Origin: a virus
DNA: 64,000 bases
Strand: one strand, 5' to 3'
IMG/VR virus record: IMGVR_UViG_3300032242_000468
Location: 55,274 to 119,273 of that record
The stretch's first letter is position 1. Every line of letters begins with the position of its first letter. This document shows positions 1 to 10,200 of the stretch, in pieces. The notes below the pieces were generated by a model. The model did not search any database. It was not told the DNA's origin and was given only the letters and a program-made list of their open reading frames with translations. The translations under genes were made by a program, and so were the position numbers.

Positions 1-1
1 C

Positions 2-922
2 ACTAAAACTCCATGGAGCAGGTCTAAATGATGAATAAACAGCAGTACTTGTATTTGTTCTGTTAACTAATAGTGCTTTATGAGCAGTTAGTTTCATAAC
101 ATAATATGTTGCACCGGCTGTGTCTGTAGCAAGAACGTGCATGTTACCATGTGTAAGGGTATGTGCCGCACCTGTACCTGAACTTAAATGACAAACACCT
201 ACACCTTGTGAATTCACAATCAAGTAACGACGCGATGATTCTTGTTTAATAATGTCACCACCTGTTACAGCACTTGATCCTGTTGTTAGGTAAGATGTAA
301 ATTTAATCGCGTTCTGACGATTTGTTGTTAAATTAACTGTACCTACAGGTGCGCTTGGGGCTCCACCGGTAACAATAGGAGTTTCTGTTCCAACGTAACC
401 AGTACCTGGTGTAGTTACAGGAACTATACCATTCTTAACATGGAAGAATAAATCTACAAGGAATGTAGATGTTGTTCCAGGACCGCTTACTTTAGTAGCA
501 TTAATACCTTGTGTATATCCGTTTGTTCCACCTGTTGGGAAAACAGTAATACCAGATCCTGCATTAGTAAATGTGAAGATTGCGTTTGAACCTGCAATGT
601 TCCAAACTGTAAACTGTGCGCCACCTGTGGTAGGATATGTGAATATATCACCTACTGCTAGGTTACCGCCTCCACGAGATTTACCAGCACCAGTTGACAT
701 TGTAATTGCTTCGTATGTAACTGTGCCAGCAACTGCTTGTTGACCTTCAGCAATTGTTGGAGCAGGGGCTGTGATTGTTACCGGAGCAAGCATACTACCA
801 GCATTGCTTAAAAAATTTAGACTGGCAAGACCTTCTCCACCAACACCCGATAATTGATCATATAAATCAGTGTATGGGTAATTTGTATTACCGAAATATT
901 TCTTTTTAATTGGACGTCCCAT
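2..922 (-). CDS. Virion structural protein (3'-truncated by window edge)
   Basis: ATG at 922 with AAGGAGA RBS upstream. Reads MGRPIKKKYFGNTNYP..., Gly/Thr-rich, open to the window start. Lies directly downstream of the capsid gene and has its own TAAATA motif. Confidence 0.7.
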   Translation of the reverse strand, partial: MGRPIKKKYFGNTNYPYTDLYDQLSGVGGEGLASLNFLSNAGSMLAPVTITAPAPTIAEGQQAVAGTVTYEAITMSTGAGKSRGGGNLAVGDIFTYPTTGGAQFTVWNIAGSNAIFTFTNAGSGITVFPTGGTNGYTQGINATKVSGPGTTSTFLVDLFFHVKNGIVPVTTPGTGYVGTETPIVTGGAPSAPVGTVNLTTNRQNAIKFTSYLTTGSSAVTGGDIIKQESSRRYLIVNSQGVGVCHLSSGTGAAHTLTHGNMHVLATDTAGATYYVMKLTAHKALLVNRTNTSTAVYSSFRPAPWSFS

Positions 923-1006
923 TTTGTTTCTCCTTAATGTTGTGAGCGTTCTAGGCTCTACGCGGATGGTACCGCATAAACTCAGTTAAAATGATAACCG
1001 GCTTGT

Positions 1007-1012
1007 TATTTA
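1007..1012 (-). promoter_or_regulatory. T4-like late promoter core (TAAATA)
   Basis: GTTAAATAAC on the minus strand, between the capsid terminator and the next gene. The same hexamer precedes many structural genes in the window. Confidence 0.55.
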
Positions 1013-1014
1013 AC

Positions 1015-1040
1015 AAAAAACCCGCCGAAGCGGGTTTCTT
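1015..1040 (-). terminator. Rho-independent terminator after major capsid gene
   Basis: Minus strand AAACCCGC-TTCG-GCGGGTTTTTT: UUCG tetraloop plus U-tract. Confidence 0.9.
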
Positions 1041-1065
1041 GATTTGCTTTAGACCAAATCCAATA

Positions 1066-2247
1066 TTATTGGAAACTTACTGTTGCACTTGTGATAGCAA
1101 CTTTGGCTAGGTAGTCAGCGGCGTTACCTAGTGAAGATGCTGTGTTTGATAACTCAACATATCCGTAACGTGTTAAGAAGCCAACTACTGGCTCAAATGT
1201 ATTTGGATCTAGAACAACACCAGAACTCATCAATGGAATATAAGGGCAGTAGAAAGCGGCGGCATCAGCCTCGCTTGAACCTTTATAACCAACTAGAATT
1301 TGGTTGTTGTCATCTGTATCGCTCTTATAAGCGTCAACATAAATTCTCATGCTACTGTTCAATGTACCAACAAACTTAGTGTTTGTAGGTGCTTCGAATG
1401 TACCTTCTGTTGTTCTTGCAAACGCAGAAGTTGTAGCAGATTGAAGAATTGTCAATGCTTGGTTAGAAACAACTGCCCAGTTAGCAGAACCACGACGTGT
1501 TCTTTGAGCAATTAAGTTACTAGCACGGTTGATCATAACCGCTAAAGCGGCATGCTCGTCACCAACGAATGTTGCTGTACCAGAAACTTGTGATTGGTCA
1601 TAAGTTTCTTCAACAGAAGCCAAAGAACGTAGAGAAGTTAAAATCTCTTGATCGATTTCAACTGTGATCTCTTGTGCTAGGGCGGCCATGATTTCAGCCT
1701 CAATGTCAATACCTTGCTGTGCTTGAGCATCTTGAGCAGCCTCGAATGTCCAACGTGCGCTTAGTTTGCGTGATTTGGCTTCGACTGGTGCTTTCAAGAT
1801 TTGAATGCTCATACGCTTACCTGGTTGTCCCTCAAGAACTGAAGTGGCACTAGCACGTGGTGTAGTGTCATTGTTGTTACCAGAATAAGCAGCCGCAATC
1901 TTGAATGGGCTTAATGCTTCTTCACCTGCTACGATACCGTCACCGTTTGATGTATCAGCGTAACGAACACGTAGTGTGTGAATTTGTCCAACAGGGCCAG
2001 TCATTGGTTGAACACCAATGATTTCGTTAGCAATAACTGTTGGCATAACACGACGAATAACTGGAAGAATAACGCGGTTTAATGTAGCGATATTACCAGA
2101 ACTTGTAGCGCCACTTGTTGCGGCTTCTGCCAAGTACTTACGTGTGTTCTCTAAGCAGACTTGCATAGATGAACGACGAGTACCTTGTAGGCCTTCAAGC
2201 AGAGCGTCTTTGGTCTCTGACCATCTTTCATTTAATAATTTTGACAT
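1066..2247 (-). CDS. gp23: Major capsid protein (T4 gp23-like)
   Basis: gp23 motifs VIRRVMPTVIANEIIGVQPMTGPVGQI, SRKLSARWTFEAAQD, YCPYIPL, TRYG. Sits in portal-protease-scaffold-capsid order. Confidence 0.96.
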   Translation of the reverse strand: MSKLLNERWSETKDALLEGLQGTRRSSMQVCLENTRKYLAEAATSGATSSGNIATLNRVILPVIRRVMPTVIANEIIGVQPMTGPVGQIHTLRVRYADTSNGDGIVAGEEALSPFKIAAAYSGNNNDTTPRASATSVLEGQPGKRMSIQILKAPVEAKSRKLSARWTFEAAQDAQAQQGIDIEAEIMAALAQEITVEIDQEILTSLRSLASVEETYDQSQVSGTATFVGDEHAALAVMINRASNLIAQRTRRGSANWAVVSNQALTILQSATTSAFARTTEGTFEAPTNTKFVGTLNSSMRIYVDAYKSDTDDNNQILVGYKGSSEADAAAFYCPYIPLMSSGVVLDPNTFEPVVGFLTRYGYVELSNTASSLGNAADYLAKVAITSATVSFQ

Positions 2248-2273
2248 TTTATGTCTTCTCCTTGAATATTAAA

Positions 2274-3371
2274 TTATTTCAGTCCCGCTAATTTGCGGAT
2301 ATCTAAAATGTTATCTTCGCCTACCTGAGGCTGATTTTTCTCTTCGCGATTACCTGTGATCTCATGACCTTCTGTTAGTACAGCCTTTTTAGCGGCTGGC
2401 TTAACTATATTACCTTCTAGCACTGCTGGTAGGTACTTGTCAAATGATTCAGTAAGTTTCTGTGTCTTGGTAGACTCAAGCAACTCTTTCATAATCGTTT
2501 TCTGTTCAGCACTCAAAGGTGCTAGTAACTCACTCATCACCGTTTTACGTTCCATTAGATCTTTAGCAATGCGAACTTCGCGTTCCTTAGATTCAATGAC
2601 ACGTTGCTTTTCTGTGACAACTGTTTGTGCTTCGGCTAACTCTGCATCTTTCTTTTGAATAATCTTAAGCAATTTACTTGTTTCAGATTTTTCATTTAGA
2701 TAACTTGTAGAATACTCCTGGGCAAATGCTTCAAATACTCGACGACCGAATGCGTTACGACGAGCAGAATCGATATCTTCTTTCAACTGATATAACTCAG
2801 AATTAAGTTTTTTCGTTACTGTCTCTTGTACTAATGCGGCGCTTCTCATAATGAAACGTTGTTTTACCTCATCGAATTTCTTCTTGGCTTCACGTACTAA
2901 CTTAACTTTCGCTTCTGCTAGTTCACGCTTGTCTTGACTAAACTCGTTGATTTCTCTTGCTAGAGCAGTTACAATGAACTGTTCTAACTTAGCAAAATTC
3001 TCTGCAACCTTTTGACGGTCGTTTTGGAATTCTCCTAATTCTTTACCTAACTGATTAATAACAAAAGTTTCCATCATTTTAGAATCTCTTGCCATCTTGT
3101 TTTGATAAGCAACTTTGGCTTCCACCAATCCTTTCTTATCGTCTACAAGCTCAGCCATCTCTGCGGCCAATCTATCGCCAACCATTTTGTCGAGTGCTTC
3201 AACAATAGAACGCTTGTCGTGTTCATATTTTTGGGCAAACTCTTCGCGTAGTTCAGCAGTGACTTGGTCGCGGTTTTCTTGAATCTTAGCACTGAAAGCA
3301 GAGTCTAGTTCAGAACCTACGTCCTCACCTATAACACCACTCTCTACTAACCTCTTGAATGCGTCCATCAT
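2274..3371 (-). CDS. gp22: Prohead core scaffold protein (gp22-like)
   Basis: Coiled-coil, E/K-rich protein lying between the protease and capsid genes. Confidence 0.8.
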   Translation of the reverse strand: MMDAFKRLVESGVIGEDVGSELDSAFSAKIQENRDQVTAELREEFAQKYEHDKRSIVEALDKMVGDRLAAEMAELVDDKKGLVEAKVAYQNKMARDSKMMETFVINQLGKELGEFQNDRQKVAENFAKLEQFIVTALAREINEFSQDKRELAEAKVKLVREAKKKFDEVKQRFIMRSAALVQETVTKKLNSELYQLKEDIDSARRNAFGRRVFEAFAQEYSTSYLNEKSETSKLLKIIQKKDAELAEAQTVVTEKQRVIESKEREVRIAKDLMERKTVMSELLAPLSAEQKTIMKELLESTKTQKLTESFDKYLPAVLEGNIVKPAAKKAVLTEGHEITGNREEKNQPQVGEDNILDIRKLAGLK

Positions 3372-3383
3372 CGCTTTATCTCC

Positions 3384-4019
3384 TTAGGTTTTTAAGCCAT
3401 TTATGATACTCAGCATGGCCTCACGGACATACTTTTCTGCCTTGGGATCTTTTTGTACCTCCTGCGCAGTCCTAAATGCTCTATGACCATTACGACTATT
3501 CATCAAATGTTCATAAATTGGTGTAGGATATGCTCCCGGCGCACTTGGTTGAGCAACTATATCAACTGTGATAATCTCGAACTCAGATACTTGACCGTTG
3601 CTTTCGTTAACGTTTCCGCTACCTCTAGAACTTACACCAAGTTTTACACCGCTTTCAAGCATAGTCTTTACTAAATTACCCATTGGGGTAGGAAGGATTT
3701 TCATCTTTCCATAACCATTAGGACCGTCCATCCACATATCAGTGATCATGTGTGACACACGGTCCAAATTTACTTTTAAGTCTTCAGGATGATCTACCTC
3801 ACCTAGTACAGAGTAACCATTTTGTATTTGATCGTTAAGCGTTTTAACTGCAATAGTAATTTCATTCACAGGGTAAACACGCTGGTTAGCGTTGCGAATA
3901 CCGCCTTGAATTGCAATGCCTTTTAAGTACAGACTCTTGCCTTCCTGACCTTCAACAGACTCTACCACGCATCTTGCTTGATCAAAACTTAAATGTTCTC
4001 TTAGGTAAGATATTTTCAT
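3384..4019 (-). CDS. gp21: Prohead protease (gp21-like)
   Basis: NANQRVYP, LGEVDHP, LGVSSRGSG, DIVAQPSAPGA motifs. Confidence 0.95.
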   Translation of the reverse strand: MKISYLREHLSFDQARCVVESVEGQEGKSLYLKGIAIQGGIRNANQRVYPVNEITIAVKTLNDQIQNGYSVLGEVDHPEDLKVNLDRVSHMITDMWMDGPNGYGKMKILPTPMGNLVKTMLESGVKLGVSSRGSGNVNESNGQVSEFEIITVDIVAQPSAPGAYPTPIYEHLMNSRNGHRAFRTAQEVQKDPKAEKYVREAMLSIINGLKT

Positions 4020-4021
4020 TA

Positions 4022-5095
4022 TTAAGCGTTCCTGTTAGGTGCGCCTGTCAACGGGCTCTTAGTATTAACGGAACCAGTTTGACCTGATTTACCACCTGTA
4101 CCAGCACCCCATCCTTGTCCTTCTCCGCCTGTGCCCTTCTTCTCAGCGCCGTGTCCGCCACTAACTTTGCTTAGTGCCGCGCCCGACTTCATGCTAGAAG
4201 TTGCTTTGTTAGAGATATTCTTTTCAACACCTTTAGTGTACTCGCCTTTAGTAGCGCCAACTAAACCACGTGAACCTTTGTCCATATTAGGACTTGTTCC
4301 ACTCATTTCGCCAACACCTTTAGTGTTTGCTAGAATGTTGTGTGCTGTTGCGCCAGTTGTTGGCTTACCTTTACCAGAACTAACTGGGCTTGGTGTGTTG
4401 CTTACGTCTGTTTGACCAGCCTTGTCACCTTTTCCTGATCCAACTGGACCTGGTGTTTTCATGCTGTTCTTTTCCCAGTCGTTACCAACTGTGTCACGAT
4501 ATTCACGAACACGTTGACGGCTTTCAAACATGCCTTCGTCTTCATCATCTTCTTCGCTGTCGTCTTCTTCTTCATCACCAAACTCTTCACCGTCGTCTTC
4601 ACCTTCTTCGTCGCCGAAATCAGGATCATCAACACCGTCGTGATGCTCTGGCTCGTGTTCTTCGTCAGCCATTAGGGCTTCAAATTCTGCTTTTAATTGC
4701 TCTAGGGCATCTTCTAGATCGTCGATGCGTTCTTCAGTAGAACCTTCGTCACCGCCTAGATCACCGGCCATGTCGTCACCGCCCATATCATCCATATCAT
4801 CCATTCCGTCGTCGCCCATGTCAGCACCAGGTGCTCCCATGTCGCCGGCCATAGCATCTGTTGGGTCGCCGCCGATTTCAAGAGTAGTTTCTTCGTCTAA
4901 CTCTTCTTCGTCGTCTTCCTCATCGTCTTCTTGGGCTTCGTCCATTTCTTCTTCGTCTTCTTCCGCTTCTTCAGCGATTAGATTTTCGTATATATCTCTA
5001 GATTTTTCTACAACGATTTCATGAAACAATTCATTTGCCTTGTCCATTTCCTCGTTTACTAGATAATCTAGAAGTTGTTCAAACTTATTAGTCAT
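4022..5095 (-). CDS. Highly acidic prohead core/internal protein
   Basis: D/E-rich N-terminal half and G/K/S/T-rich C-terminal half. Occupies the position of T4 gp67/gp68 between portal and protease. Confidence 0.6.
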   Translation of the reverse strand: MTNKFEQLLDYLVNEEMDKANELFHEIVVEKSRDIYENLIAEEAEEDEEEMDEAQEDDEEDDEEELDEETTLEIGGDPTDAMAGDMGAPGADMGDDGMDDMDDMGGDDMAGDLGGDEGSTEERIDDLEDALEQLKAEFEALMADEEHEPEHHDGVDDPDFGDEEGEDDGEEFGDEEEDDSEEDDEDEGMFESRQRVREYRDTVGNDWEKNSMKTPGPVGSGKGDKAGQTDVSNTPSPVSSGKGKPTTGATAHNILANTKGVGEMSGTSPNMDKGSRGLVGATKGEYTKGVEKNISNKATSSMKSGAALSKVSGGHGAEKKGTGGEGQGWGAGTGGKSGQTGSVNTKSPLTGAPNRNA

Positions 5096-5122
5096 TGCGT
5101 TGGTCTCCTATTATATTGGCAA

Positions 5123-5144
5123 GGCTGTCGACATATTTACAGCC
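5123..5144 (-). promoter_or_regulatory. Late promoter TAAATA within an inverted repeat
   Basis: GGCTGT-cgacatattt-ACAGCC contains TATTTA (TAAATA on minus), upstream of the GGAGA RBS of the 357-aa gene. Confidence 0.5.
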
Positions 5145-5251
5145 GCATAGGAATACTTATATGAAATAGCCGAAAAAACCAGGTTTTTTGGTATTCAATG
5201 TGAAAAACGCAAAAATATTTACGATTTTAATGAGAGAAGTTAAGTTTGTAC

Positions 5252-5494
5252 TTAAACAGCACCTTCCTCAGCGGGAGGAGCCGCATACATTACTTTTACA
5301 AATTCAAGGTCTTCTTTTTGCTCTTTAAAGCGAGCTTCGCCGCCTTTTCTCAAGTCATTGAGCATACGTAGGGTAAGCCTTGTTTTACGTAGATCTTTGC
5401 TTTTTAGAACCGAAGTATCGTGAAAAGGATCGTACCTGTCGTTGTCTTCAAGTCCGTGATCTTGATTAAAATAAATGAATTCGTTTAGTAGCAT
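5252..5494 (-). CDS. Small head-module protein
   Basis: 80-aa ORF directly after the portal gene, preceded by AATAAATA. Confidence 0.7.
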   Translation of the reverse strand: MLLNEFIYFNQDHGLEDNDRYDPFHDTSVLKSKDLRKTRLTLRMLNDLRKGGEARFKEQKEDLEFVKVMYAAPPAEEGAV

Positions 5495-5505
5495 ACTGCT
5501 ATTTA

Positions 5506-7224
5506 TTATTGAGCGGGCGGTTGAGCACCAGGTACTGCCGCTCCCTGTCCTGCTCCGCTTAGATCTGGCTCAGGACCGCCTTCCATACCTTCTGGTGCTT
5601 CCCCTGATTGACTCAAATCATCTAGGTCACTCTGCATGCCATCGGCAGTTACCCCAGCACCTCGAAGTTCGCTGCCTGCTGGTAGAGAATCCTTGCTCAT
5701 GCCGTTCTCTTCTCTCCACATCTTTTCGTTTTCTGCTACTTCTTCTGCTGTCAAACCTAAGAAACGTTTGAGTGCAAAGCGTTTGCTGATGTGAGGTACA
5801 GCCGCAATAGAACCAAATGTATTAATACGCACACCATCCATTTCTGCTTGTCGATAGGCCGCAAAGTTCTGTGGTGGATTAAACTTAAGGTCAAACACAT
5901 TGGGATCAAAGTTTATCCCTTTATTACGCATAAACAGTTTAAATTCTGTATCAAACTGCTCGTTGATTAGACTCTGTAGGCGCTCACAGTACTTGTTGAA
6001 CCGTAGTTCTTGGATGTAGGCTGTTCCAACTCTACCATCATTGAAATTAGATCCGCCGTCGTCAGGCCCGGTAGGAAGGTAACTGCTAGGTATGCGTAAA
6101 GCCCTAAATAACTTATTAGTAAAATATCTAAGATCATCAATTTCTCCTAAATTAGTACCACCAGGTAGGATTTCAACTTTACTACCTCTTCCCTCGGAAG
6201 TCTGTGGGAAAAAGTAGTCGTCGTTCATACTTAACGGATTATAACTGCTGTCTGTAACAGTTTGTCCTCCGCCAGTGACACTAGGGATACGGCGTTGATT
6301 TACTTCGTTTTTAACACGCTCAACGAAGCTCATAGCCAAATGGCTTGGCATGTTACCAACGTCAATATAGAATACTCTGCGCTCGGGAGCACGTTGTACA
6401 CGATAGATAATGATAGCATCTTCTAATAGTTCTTTTTGTTTGTATACTTTAAAAATTGGTTCTAATAAACTGTTGCCAAAAGGGAAATTATTGTCTAAAC
6501 CTTCACTCATTGACAGGTGAATTACGTGTCTAGCATCGATAGCATACTGGTTTTGATTCAATCCAAAGCGACTACCTTGATTAGGTTGTCCACCTTGACC
6601 ACCTACCATACCCTTCTGTTGAGCACCAGCGGTAACATAGTTGCTGTTTCCTGGTGTTCCTGATGGATTATTAGGTGCAATTTGAGTAACTGCCAGGGTC
6701 ATTAGATTGATATTTAGATCACGGATAACATACTGTTCAGGCTCTTTACCTGTGCTTTCGTTAACAATAATCTTGTCAACCTTGTTAGGATCAATGTACA
6801 TCCAAGCCTGTGTTTCTGGATCACGAACAAAGAAACTATCGCCATATTTGAAGGCATTTCTAACAATTTTAAAAATTCTGCTGTTGAACTTGTTTAACTT
6901 TGTCCACTGCTGTAGATACTTTTTAATAATTTTTGTTTCACTAGATGTGGCTTGTTCTTTAAAAAAGATTTCAAACGGTGTTCCGTTCTCGTCGTTCTCT
7001 TGTGAGCAGAATTCTGCCAAAATATCAAGGGCCGCATTGACTTCTGAGTCACCGTCCATGGTATCGTATTGACCGTAACGCTCTAGACGATTTGGATGTC
7101 CGGAGTAGACATCAGGTAGGTAAGAACTATAATTGGTCTTAGAACCGTGTGGTCGAAGAGCACCGCTTATAAGGCTCATTTGCCCTGACATGTTTACAGG
7201 AGTAAAATACTTTTTCCAAGACAT
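5506..7224 (-). CDS. gp20: Portal vertex protein (gp20-like)
   Basis: LLEDAIIIYRVQRAPERRVFYIDVGNMP, DYFFP, LPGGTNLGEIDDLRYF, ELRF motifs. Confidence 0.96.
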   Translation of the reverse strand: MSWKKYFTPVNMSGQMSLISGALRPHGSKTNYSSYLPDVYSGHPNRLERYGQYDTMDGDSEVNAALDILAEFCSQENDENGTPFEIFFKEQATSSETKIIKKYLQQWTKLNKFNSRIFKIVRNAFKYGDSFFVRDPETQAWMYIDPNKVDKIIVNESTGKEPEQYVIRDLNINLMTLAVTQIAPNNPSGTPGNSNYVTAGAQQKGMVGGQGGQPNQGSRFGLNQNQYAIDARHVIHLSMSEGLDNNFPFGNSLLEPIFKVYKQKELLEDAIIIYRVQRAPERRVFYIDVGNMPSHLAMSFVERVKNEVNQRRIPSVTGGGQTVTDSSYNPLSMNDDYFFPQTSEGRGSKVEILPGGTNLGEIDDLRYFTNKLFRALRIPSSYLPTGPDDGGSNFNDGRVGTAYIQELRFNKYCERLQSLINEQFDTEFKLFMRNKGINFDPNVFDLKFNPPQNFAAYRQAEMDGVRINTFGSIAAVPHISKRFALKRFLGLTAEEVAENEKMWREENGMSKDSLPAGSELRGAGVTADGMQSDLDDLSQSGEAPEGMEGGPEPDLSGAGQGAAVPGAQPPAQ

Positions 7225-7231
7225 AATTTAA

Positions 7232-10200
7232 TTAAACGTATAAGTTTCCAGATAGTGATCCAAGTTTAGTAGTTTGAGTCTTGTTCTCATCGAGAGTGGC
7301 TTTCATATACTTGACTAGATCAGCAGTTTGTTTATTTAACGTCTGCATCTCCTTTAACATATTTTCATTTGCGGCCGGAACCGCAGTTTGAGCATCTGAT
7401 TTTTCTTTTTTATCACCTAGTCCAAACAGATTTTTAAAATCATCCCCCATAGTTTTGTCAAACATATCTTTCAATGCTTTAGGATCTTTAATCGCTTCGT
7501 CTGCTTTTTTGCCAAGATCACCTACACTGGGTAATTTATTCATAAATCCGGGTAGTAATGTATCTGTTAGAGATTTAAACATGTCTGGTTGCATTTGTGT
7601 TCTACCAGACTGCTCCATTGAGATTTTATCTCGTAATGCAGTAGGGTCTTGCATTTTGTCATCCATCATTAAAGATTTTGGAATAGGAGGTAAATCTTTA
7701 AATTTTTTGTTCATTTCATCTAATACTGCCTGAGAAGCCAATTGAGGATCTTTAGTTCCCGGCTGTGGTTGCATCTTAGGCATAAAATCACTTTGGAATA
7801 CTTTGCTAAACGATACAAGTGTTTCTTTGGATAGTGTAATATCCTGCTTTTGATTTTGTGATCCTATCATATCATCAGTTAGCCCTTTGAAGTTGCCGCT
7901 GAGATTCTTTGTCATGTCCTGCATGTGAGATTTCATATCCGGACCTTTATCTTTACCCAAATTCTTCATAGCAGAATTAGATAGTATATCTCCTGCCTGT
8001 TTAGAAAAGAATATCTCAGGACCGTTTTCACCTACTAGATACGGGGTATTAGCATCAGTAGGACCTCCTCCTGCTTTCTTTCCGATTTCTTTTCCTTTGT
8101 TCTCTTTCTCTTCCATTTCTTTACGAACAGCAGATTCAGTTGGTGCCGACATTTTATCGCCTATTGTTTTTCCTAACAGCCCGCCTAACACAACTCCACC
8201 AGCACCGCCAAGCCAAACCCCAATTTCTGAACCTATACTAGCACCTAATATTGTACCTACCGGACCTGCTAATGAACCAATTATGCCGCCTGCCCAGGCA
8301 CCAGCAACACCACCTCCGACTGCTCCACCGACTGCTCCAGCACCTGCTCCGACTGCCATTCCTGCCGCATTTCCTGCTACAGTACCTTGATTAGACTTAT
8401 CTTTTACTTCTTGCTCTTTTACTTTTGCCATTTTGGCATCTACTTCGCCGCTATTTTTTAGTGTGTCTTGTTCTTTTTGTAATTTTGCTTTCTTTTCTTC
8501 ATTAAGTTTACCTTCAGCATCTAAAAGATTTAGAGCCGAATTTTTAACATCAATAGAGGCTTGTTCTTTTTTTCTTATTTCTTCGTATTGCTCTTTGGTA
8601 ATTTTTCCTGCTTTTAATTGTTCATTGGCATTATCTATTGCTTCTTTAGATGCTTTAACTTGTTGAGCAGTTTTTTCTTGTTCGGCTTTATTACCGTCTA
8701 ATGATAAAGCAAGATTTCTTTTTTCTGCATCAACTGACAGGCGTGTCTGTTCTGCCTTTGCATCATATGCTTCTTTTTGTGCATCTAGTTGTGCTCTTTC
8801 TTTTGCGGCATCCTTATCATCGTACATGATTTTAGGAAGAATTGCTTTTTTAATTTCAATTAACATCAACTTTAGGTAATAGGTAATGTCATTAATGATC
8901 TTCTTTTGACCATCTTCTGAAAATAAATCTTTTGCAAAGTTTGTAATAAATGTTGCAAATTTGGTTATTGCTTCCTTAATTGCAGGCATGTTAGATTTAA
9001 CAAATCCCATAAACTCGTTTGCTAAATCGTTTACTATAGGAGTTAACATTGCTATTGCTGGTTGCAGAGCTCCGTATATTGAAGCACCCATATCTTTAAA
9101 TGCTTTCTCTGATTCAGCCGCATTAGCGGCGGCGGATCGTTCTCTTGCTTCTTGTTCTTTACCAATTCTTTCTCTAAGAGCCATTTCTTTTTCAGCAGAT
9201 GTAGCACCTTGCTTGTCAAGTTCATTAGCATGTTTAGCCATAGTTGTAGCGGCTTCCGATAGAGCTCCCCCTCCTTGCGCAAGTGCATACGTCATCTGCG
9301 GACCCATCTCTTTACCTGCTTTACCTACAGTTTGACTAACATTTGTTAGACCTTTGTTAACATCTTTCATGCCTTTACTATTATCGTGGACATCGTTAAC
9401 AACACCGCCTAGTGCTTTATCAAATCCGTTAACTGTTGCTGTCAAAGCCTGTGCTTGTTCTGATATAGGAGGCATTCCTAAGAACTTGGCTTTAAATGCA
9501 TCAGCACCAGCCTTACCGTATTTGGCCTGCATCTCAGCAAGTGCAGCCGCGGCTTTTTTCTTTTCTTCTTCTGTCTTGCCGGCAAGTGCCATTTGGTAAG
9601 CGGCATCCTGCGATGCTTCTTTCTGTTGCTTTTCTAATTCTTCTCTGCTCTGCCCAGTCATCTCTGCTAGTGCATCTAATTGTTTTAGATATTCGCCAGC
9701 ACCTTGAGACAGTGCTTTTGTGTCTTTCATTTCTTGTGCACTACGTCCACCAGTGGCTTCTATATAATTTGCTAGACCGTCGTTGACTTCTTGAGTAGTA
9801 AATCCAAGTGCACGAAGATCTGCACCCATCTGACTGTTTCGTAAATCTTTTGATAGTTTGACAAAATTTTGAGCACCTTCTTCAACATCACCGCCCATTC
9901 TGTGTAGCGCATTAGAATTCTTTGTAACAAACCCAGCAAACTCATCTAAGGTCATACCTAAGTCAAGAGCGGTTTGACGTATTGTGTTTAACTGTCCGCC
10001 AAAGTTAACTCCGGCTTTGGTCATAGTTCTATAGGTATCTAGTTCTGCTTGTTGCATTTTGGCTATCTTTTCAAACAGTCCTGCAACTAATCCTAGGCCT
10101 AATGGTAAATCTTTTAGTGCCCCGTAGAAATCACTTATCTTTCCTTGACCGTCCATCATGGAACCGGCTAAATCAGTTAAGTTACTAGCAGTTTTAACTG

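Noticed and set aside
940-990. preQ1-I riboswitch resemblance (GTTCTAG) on the plus strand
   Set aside because: Wrong strand for the adjacent gene, no matching P1/A-rich tail arrangement, and not upstream of que genes.
1131-9786. Many short plus-strand ORFs opposite head and tape-measure genes
   Set aside because: Antisense shadows of well-supported genes, with no RBS or recognisable motifs.
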